From Nostoc punctiforme PCC 73102 (GTDB lineage Bacteria; Cyanobacteriota; Cyanobacteriia; Cyanobacteriales; Nostocaceae): a stretch of DNA of 32,000 bases. Within the stretch, counting starts at the first letter, position 1. Each line of letters begins with the position of its first letter. Under the pieces are notes generated by a model, which had not been told where the DNA came from, did no database searches, and was given only the letters and a program-made list of their open reading frames with translations. This document shows, in pieces, positions 26,733 through 32,000 of the stretch. The translations under genes and the position numbers were made by a program. Location: positions 6,360,001 to 6,392,000 of the forward strand of contig NC_010628.1 of assembly GCF_000020025.1 (NCBI RefSeq). The letters are read 5' to 3'.

Positions 26733-26810
26733 TTGGGCATGGGGGATGGGGCATTGGTAAATAGTTCTTCTTCCCCCATTCCCCATTCCACATTCCCAAT
26801 TCCCAATTCC
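26731..26810. repeat. Inverted arrays of STRR-like heptamers (GGGGATG/GGGCATT versus CCCCATT/CCCAATT) filling the glyA-cinA spacer
   Basis: The left arm is aattgggcatgggggatggggcattgg (26731-26757). The right arm is cccccattccccattccacattcccaattcccaattcc (26773-26810). Together they can form an imperfect extended hairpin, which is a probable glyA terminator. Confidence 0.65.
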
Positions 26811-26811
26811 A

Positions 26812-28062
26812 ATGAGTGCAGAAATTATTTGTGTTGGTACTGAATTGCTGCTAGGAGATATCCTCAACGGCAATGCTCAATTTTTAGCGCAACAATTAGC
26901 GCAGCTAGGTATTCCCCATTACTATCAAACAGTGGTTGGGGATAATCCAGAACGGTTGAAGCAAGTTATAGAAATTGCTATTTCCAGAGCGCAAATCCTC
27001 ATTTTCACTGGTGGACTCGGCCCCACACCAGATGATCTCACCTGCGAAACCATCGCCGATTTTTTTAAAACTCCTTTGGTAGAAAACCCAGAAATCATTG
27101 AAGACATAACCCAGAAATTTGCCCAACGTGGTCGGGTAATGTCACCAAGTAACCGCAAACAGGCTTTGATTCCCCAAGGTGCAGAAATTCTCCCCAACCC
27201 CACTGGAACAGCACCCGGTATTATTTGGCAACCCCGTCCTAAAATCACAATTTTTACCTTTCCCGGTGTTCCCAGTGAAATGCACCCAATGTGGGAAGAA
27301 ACAGCCGTCCCATTTCTCAAAAGTCAAGGTTGGGGTAAAGAAATTATTTACAGCCGGAGTTTAAAGTTTTGGGGTATTGGTGAATCTGCTTTGGCGGAAA
27401 AAGTTTCTTCCTATTTGAAGTTGCCAAATCCGACAGTAGCCCCTTATGCAGGTAAGGGGGAAGTAAGATTGCGAGTTTCTGCTAAAGCCACTTCCGAAGC
27501 AGCCGCAGAAGACCTAATTGCGCCCATTGAAAAACAACTTAAAGAAATTGCCGGACTAGATTTTTACGGCGTTAATAATGATACTCTTGCTTCCGTTGTC
27601 GGTGAGTTATTGCGGGCATCAAAGGAAACGCTTTCGGTGGCAGAATCTTGCACTGGTGGCGGTTTAGGGCAAATGTTGACTGAAATTTCTGGGAGTTCTG
27701 ATTACTTTTGGGGTGGCGTAATTTCTTATGACAATTCGGTGAAGATTAAGCTGCTAGGGGTTAACCAGGAAGATTTAGATAAATTTGGGGCAGTAAGTGC
27801 AACTGTTGCAGAGCAAATGGCAATTGGAGTCAAAACTCGCCTTGCAACAACTTGGGGATTAAGTATTACTGGTATTGCTGGTCCCACTGGAGGGACAGAT
27901 ACAAAGCCGGTGGGTTTAGTTTACGTTGGTTTAGCTGGGCCAAAGGATGAAGTGACAAGTTTTGAATATCAGTTTGGTACAGTGCGAGGTCGAGCTTTAA
28001 TTCGTCATGTCAGTGCAAATGCAGCGTTGGATAATCTACGACGGAAGTTGTTGACGAGGTAG
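26812..28062 (+). CDS. cinA: CinA-family protein (MoCF-binding N-terminal domain + nicotinamide-nucleotide amidohydrolase PncC-like C-terminal domain)
   Basis: The N-terminus reads MSAEIICVGTELLLGDILNGNAQFLAQQL...GGLGPTPDDLT. The C-terminal domain contains LSVAESCTGGGLGQMLT, GGVISYDN.VK and GIAGPTGGT..KPVGLVY. Confidence 0.92.
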   Translation: MSAEIICVGTELLLGDILNGNAQFLAQQLAQLGIPHYYQTVVGDNPERLKQVIEIAISRAQILIFTGGLGPTPDDLTCETIADFFKTPLVENPEIIEDITQKFAQRGRVMSPSNRKQALIPQGAEILPNPTGTAPGIIWQPRPKITIFTFPGVPSEMHPMWEETAVPFLKSQGWGKEIIYSRSLKFWGIGESALAEKVSSYLKLPNPTVAPYAGKGEVRLRVSAKATSEAAAEDLIAPIEKQLKEIAGLDFYGVNNDTLASVVGELLRASKETLSVAESCTGGGLGQMLTEISGSSDYFWGGVISYDNSVKIKLLGVNQEDLDKFGAVSATVAEQMAIGVKTRLATTWGLSITGIAGPTGGTDTKPVGLVYVGLAGPKDEVTSFEYQFGTVRGRALIRHVSANAALDNLRRKLLTR

Positions 28063-28076
28063 GAGTTATATTATGT

Positions 28077-28099
28077 TTGTCATACAACTTGTATGACAA
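28077..28099 (+). terminator. Hairpin 3' of cinA (weak terminator candidate)
   Basis: ttgtcatacaa (28077-28087) and ttgtatgacaa (28089-28099) are perfectly complementary. No clear T-tract follows. Confidence 0.3.
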
Positions 28100-28164
28100 T
28101 CAAACCTATTTAAAATCTGATGTTATGTTAAAAAACTCAATTAAGAATTACGAATTATGGAGTT

Positions 28165-28777
28165 ATGAGCAAAACTCCCATACTTCAACCTAATCACTCA
28201 TACACTTTCAGAAGCTATTTTGAGATGTCATTCGAGCCAGAAGATATACTGGCTGAATTTGGCTATTCTTTAAAACGTTCTTCTCTCAATCAACAAAAGT
28301 CCACCATTGAATTAGATAGACTCGCAAATCTCAAATCTAGGATTGAGGAGAGTTTGCCATATATTAGTTTGACTAGTGAAGCAGCCCGCAGAGAGTTACT
28401 AATTGCACCAATTTTATTGGATGTTGTTCATTACACTCAAGCCCAACTTAGAATCGAATATCCTCTTATAGTTACAGAACAATTAAAAGGTTCTCTTGAT
28501 TATTATTTGCACGCAGACCATAAACTCTTGGTTGTAGAAGCTAAAAATGCTAATTTAGCAAGAGGTTTTACCCAGCTTGCTGTAGAACTGATTGCTATTG
28601 ATGCGTGGACTGATTCTCAAGAGTCAAATTTACAAGGGGCTGTTTCTACAGAGGATATTTGGCAATTTGCTCTATTGAATCGAGAAAGTAAACAAATAAA
28701 CTCAAGACCTCAATTTATATCGTGTTCCTGCTGACATAGACGACTTGCTTCGAATTTTGGTGGCAATACTGACCTAA
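28165..28777 (+). pseudogene. Conserved-hypothetical PD-(D/E)XK-like gene interrupted by a +1 frameshift near 28697-28700
   Basis: The ORF-track frame ends ...NRESKQINSRPQFISCSC* at 28734. The next frame reads TQDLNLYRVPADIDDLLRILVAILT* to 28777. Deleting one A from the run ataaac restores KQITQDLNLYRVP... The core motif is LDYYLHADHKLLVVEAKNANLARGFTQL (D...E-A-K). Confidence 0.6.
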
Positions 28778-28779
28778 GG

Positions 28780-28896
28780 ATGAAACACTATCATATTAAT
28801 ATTTTCTATAGTGAAGAAGATAATGGCTGTATCATACTTAGTAGTGGTGAGAATGTTAGCAATAACTTAGTTCAATTATTTCCACTCGCTAGATAA
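28780..28896 (+). pseudogene. 38-codon ORF resembling the N-terminus of a HicB-family antitoxin (probable remnant)
   Basis: The ORF reads MKHYHINIFYSEEDNGC-IILSSGENVSNNLVQLFPLAR*. The first ~17 residues resemble the (K/R)xYxINIFYSEEDxGYIA start of cyanobacterial HicB-like antitoxins as I recall them. The rest diverges and ends early, and no hicA partner is visible. Confidence 0.3.
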
Positions 28897-29037
28897 AAAG
28901 TAACATTTAACACATTTGGCTTCTAACCATCAGCTATCCAACTCCTACCCATCAGCACAATTAATCACGGGATCGCTTGCTGTATTCTTCACGATTTGTT
29001 ACAAAAGTACAAAGAACTTCTAGAGACCCAAAACCAC

Positions 29038-29832
29038 ATGTTCGGCGGACTTACTGGTTTACAAGATCCTAAAGGCACTGATTGGGGTGAGCGGATGCTC
29101 AACACGGTCGCCAGCCAAACGATTCGCCACCTGTTTACCCAAAGCGAGTCAGTAGAAGTCTTTGTGCGCTGCTACCCCTCCAGCAAGCTCTTGCAAGGCA
29201 GCATTGATAGCTTCAAAATGAGCGGTCGTGGCTTGGTGATTCGGAGAGATTTTGCAGTAGAAGAGATGTCTTTTGAAACTGATGCGGTAGCTATTGACTT
29301 CGGCTCGGTTTTAAAGGGCAAACTTAGTCTTAAGCAACCCACTCAAGCGATCGCTCAAGTAATTCTATCAGAAGTAGGCATCAACCAAGCCTTTAGTGCG
29401 GAACTGGTGAAAAAGCGTCTGCTTAACCTCACCGTACCCTCCCTGACGGCATTATCTGGCGGTGAACCCGTTTCCTTTACGGATGTTCAGGTACAACTAT
29501 TACCTGAAAATCGGTTGCAGGTTGTAGCAAAAGCAGATTTAAACAATGGCGAACTTGTGCCCCTGAGCATGATTCTAACTATAGGCATTGAAAGACGGCG
29601 GCGAGTTTCTTTCAAAGATCCAAAAATGGAACTTGACCAAGTGCCAGAAGCACAAAGGGAAATTTCGCAAACCTTGAGCGTAGCGCTGGTAGAAATTTTA
29701 GATAATATGGTTGATTTGGATCGTTTTGACCTCGATGGAGTGAAAATGCGGCTCAACCGATTAGAAACTGAAGGTCAAAAACTTATTTTTAGTGGATATG
29801 CTGAAATCGAGCGTATTCCAAGTAGCAGCTAA
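29038..29832 (+). CDS. DUF2993 (LmeA-like) domain protein
   Basis: I prefer the ATG at 29038 (MFGGLTGLQDPKGTDWGERMLN...) over the TTG at 28996. The segment ...SVEVFVRCYPSSKLLQGSIDSFKMSGRGLVIRRDF..EEMSFETDAV matches my memory of the cyanobacterial DUF2993 family. Confidence 0.7.
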   Translation: MFGGLTGLQDPKGTDWGERMLNTVASQTIRHLFTQSESVEVFVRCYPSSKLLQGSIDSFKMSGRGLVIRRDFAVEEMSFETDAVAIDFGSVLKGKLSLKQPTQAIAQVILSEVGINQAFSAELVKKRLLNLTVPSLTALSGGEPVSFTDVQVQLLPENRLQVVAKADLNNGELVPLSMILTIGIERRRRVSFKDPKMELDQVPEAQREISQTLSVALVEILDNMVDLDRFDLDGVKMRLNRLETEGQKLIFSGYAEIERIPSSS

Positions 29833-29903
29833 TATGAAATGAACACGTAAAATATCAAAGTAAAGTTTTTCTGAGCAGCTTTGTGTAAAACTTTAAACAA
29901 ATT

Positions 29904-29935
29904 AAATACCGCCTAGACTATTCTAGGCGGTATTT
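29904..29935. terminator. Bidirectional rho-independent terminator between convergent genes
   Basis: A perfect 14-bp stem, aaataccgcctaga (29904-29917) with tctaggcggtattt (29922-29935), has a 4-nt loop. An A-tract lies 5' and a T-tract 3', so it can serve both strands. Confidence 0.8.
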
Positions 29936-30006
29936 TAAATCTTCAAGTTTTTAAGGGATTTCGGAGTAATTGATTATAGGTTGTAATTCATTTTTACTTA
30001 TCACCC

Positions 30007-31413
30007 CTAACTCCTAACTCTCTGCCTTCCTACGCCTACATATTGGAATCCAGCGCGTATAAGTGTTTCGGGGTCGAGGAAGTTACGACCATCGATGATA
30101 ACGGGGTGGGCCATCAATTTTGCCATCTTCAGATAGTCGAGAGTGCTAAACTGCTGCCATTCGGTGACGAGTACTAAGGCATCGCAGCCGTCAGCTAATC
30201 TTTCGGCATCTGTTTCTACTAGCACCCCAGAAAGACCATGACGCATACCTGTTTGGGAAATAATTGGATCGTAGGCTTTAACTTTGGCTCCTAGTCTGTT
30301 TAGCTGCTCAATTAAAATGAGGGCTGGAGCATCGCGTAAGTCATCGGTATCTGGCTTGAAGGTCAGTCCGAGTAGTCCGACTGTTTTGCCTTTGAGAATT
30401 TTCAGAACTTGTTGGAGTTTCTCCAGAGCAATCAAGCGTTGGCGTTCGTTAACACTAACGGCAGATTTTAGTAACTGGGCTTCATAACCATAGTCATCAG
30501 CAGTATGAATCAGAGCCGAGACATCTTTGGGAAAGCAGGAACCACCCCAACCAATACCAGCTTGTAAAAACTTGTTACCAATGCGGGAGTCTAAACCAAT
30601 ACCTTTAGCTACTTGGGTGACATCAGCACCGACGCGATCGCAAATATTAGCAACTTCGTTAATAAAACTAATTTTAGTGGCTAAAAAGGCATTAGCGGCG
30701 TATTTAATCATCTCCGCCGAACTCAAGTCTGTTGCCAAAATTGGCACTGGGGGCAAAGATTGATCTTCAGCGTACTTGCGTTGGACAATTGGGTCATACA
30801 GTTGTTCCATTAAGGCTACTGCTCTTTGGCTATTGCCTCCTAGTACAATGCGATCGGGGTTGAAAGTGTCGTGAACTGCCGAACCTTCGCGCAAAAATTC
30901 TGGATTGCTCACTACATCAAACTCGGCTGCAAACTCAGATAATTTCTCATCACTCGGTACTCCACCTGCGGGTACCAATGTTTTTTGCCGCTCTACAATC
31001 CCATCTAAAACAAGCATCCGCACCCAGTCACCTGAGCCAATGGGGACTGTAGACTTATTCACTATCACCTTATAACCACCGTTGAGATTTTCCCCAATCC
31101 CACGGGCTACAGCTTCAACGTAACGAGTATCACTTTCACCAGTGGGTAAAGGTGGTGTTCCCACAGCAATAAACAGAATTTCTCCGTGGGAAACTCCAGC
31201 AGCCAGATCGCTTGTAAAATGAATCTTCTGTGTTTGGATGGCAGACTGCATAATCTCTGAGAGTCCCGGCTCAAAAATTGGGGACTGCCCAGACTTCATT
31301 AACTTAACTTTTTCTTCGTTGTTGTCTACGCAAATTACATCATGTCCAATATGAGCCAAGCAAGCACCTGTAACTAAACCAACGTAGCCAGTACCAATAA
31401 CGCAAACACGCAT
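30007..31413 (-). CDS. ugd: UDP-glucose 6-dehydrogenase
   Basis: The N-terminal NAD fold is MRVCVIGTGYVGLVTGACLA. Further motifs are NPEFLREGSA and the catalytic Cys in GIGWGGSCFPKDV. The central dimerisation and C-terminal UDP-binding domains follow (GLTFKPDTDDLRDAPA). Confidence 0.95.
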   Translation of the reverse strand: MRVCVIGTGYVGLVTGACLAHIGHDVICVDNNEEKVKLMKSGQSPIFEPGLSEIMQSAIQTQKIHFTSDLAAGVSHGEILFIAVGTPPLPTGESDTRYVEAVARGIGENLNGGYKVIVNKSTVPIGSGDWVRMLVLDGIVERQKTLVPAGGVPSDEKLSEFAAEFDVVSNPEFLREGSAVHDTFNPDRIVLGGNSQRAVALMEQLYDPIVQRKYAEDQSLPPVPILATDLSSAEMIKYAANAFLATKISFINEVANICDRVGADVTQVAKGIGLDSRIGNKFLQAGIGWGGSCFPKDVSALIHTADDYGYEAQLLKSAVSVNERQRLIALEKLQQVLKILKGKTVGLLGLTFKPDTDDLRDAPALILIEQLNRLGAKVKAYDPIISQTGMRHGLSGVLVETDAERLADGCDALVLVTEWQQFSTLDYLKMAKLMAHPVIIDGRNFLDPETLIRAGFQYVGVGRQRVRS

Positions 31414-31562
31414 TCTTTAACTCCCTAATTTTTTGGGTGTAGTCTTCAAAAAGAAGTTATCAATATGACACATAACACACAGTTACAAAACTCAGTAACT
31501 AAGCATACCAGCTACCCTTTGGGTAAGCCTGCATGAAAATTCAGAGCGACGCTAGGCGCTAC

Positions 31563-32000
31563 TTAGTTGGTTGAATTATTGACATCGCCTTGAATGCGAT
31601 CGCGGAAATCTTCTATTGTCAGTTTTAACCCTTCTTGCAGAGGAATGGTAGGTTCCCAATTTAACAAAGTCTTTGCCTTAGTAATATCAGGCTGGCGACG
31701 ACGCGGATCGTCCGAAGGTAGTGGCTCAAATTTAATCTGTGCGTCTGGATCGATCATGTTCTGCACAGCTTGTGCCAATTGTAAAATCGTGTATTCTCCA
31801 GGATTACCCAAATTTACTGGGCCAACATAGTCGCCATTCATCAGGCGGATGAATCCTTCTACCAAATCGGAAACATAGCAAAAACTCCGAGTTTGCGAAC
31901 CATCGCCATAAACAGTTAAAGGATTACCTCGCAAGGCTTGAACTATAAAATTGCTTACTACCCGACCATCGTTTTCTAACATTCTCGGGCCGTAGGTATT
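31563..32000 (-). CDS. UDP-glucuronate decarboxylase (UDP-xylose synthase), C-terminal part; 5' end beyond window
   Basis: The frame is open to nt 32000: [49 protein letters not shown]...[16 protein letters not shown]. This is an extended-SDR UXS signature. The gene lies upstream of ugd on the same strand. Confidence 0.9.
   Translation of the reverse strand, partial: NTYGPRMLENDGRVVSNFIVQALRGNPLTVYGDGSQTRSFCYVSDLVEGFIRLMNGDYVGPVNLGNPGEYTILQLAQAVQNMIDPDAQIKFEPLPSDDPRRRQPDITKAKTLLNWEPTIPLQEGLKLTIEDFRDRIQGDVNNSTN

Noticed and set aside
25449-28062. glyA/cinA as functional parts of the SLOG-SLATT system (the CinA link to NAD/ADP-ribose metabolism is tempting)
   Set aside because: They are on the opposite strand, separated from the operon by a 414-bp repeat-bearing spacer. 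Both are ubiquitous housekeeping genes. Proximity alone is not evidence, so I mention it only as a coincidence worth remembering.

Overview
The window looks like a chromosomal segment of a filamentous Nostoc/Anabaena-type cyanobacterium. This is an inference from many GCGATCGC (HIP1) octamers, heptamer STRR-like repeats, short dispersed intergenic repeats, and the genes psaD, orange carotenoid protein and an HLIP. Most of it is housekeeping: ftsE (partial), an alpha/beta hydrolase, a pentapeptide-repeat protein, OCP divergent from an hli gene, trpE-psaD, and a DICT-GAF histidine kinase. It continues with a GDE-type glycogen debranching enzyme, prolyl oligopeptidase, a fused M16 peptidase, glyA, cinA, a DUF2993-like protein and uxs-ugd (partial). 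I saw no rRNA, tRNA, CRISPR array or transposase gene. The most interesting locus is a translationally coupled two-gene operon at 23655-25034 (minus strand). It encodes a soluble SLOG/LSDAT-type (TRPM N-terminal-like) Rossmann protein and a DUF4231/SLATT 2-TM protein. This pairing is predicted only computationally to be a nucleotide-sensing membrane-suicide/defence module, and here it has no signal-synthesising enzyme nearby. Convergent with it are two tandem, paralogous ~110-nt units, each ending in an intrinsic terminator (candidate sRNAs). Other accessory-looking items are an AT-rich orphan PD-(D/E)XK nuclease gene (4166-5374) and a frameshifted PD-(D/E)XK-like gene followed by a short HicB-like remnant (28165-28896). 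There are also two copies of a ~120-bp MITE with flanking duplications, two perfect 24-bp palindromes and several dispersed repeat families. All calls come from reading the sequence and ORF translations by eye. No searches or statistics were run, and family names are from memory of motif signatures.
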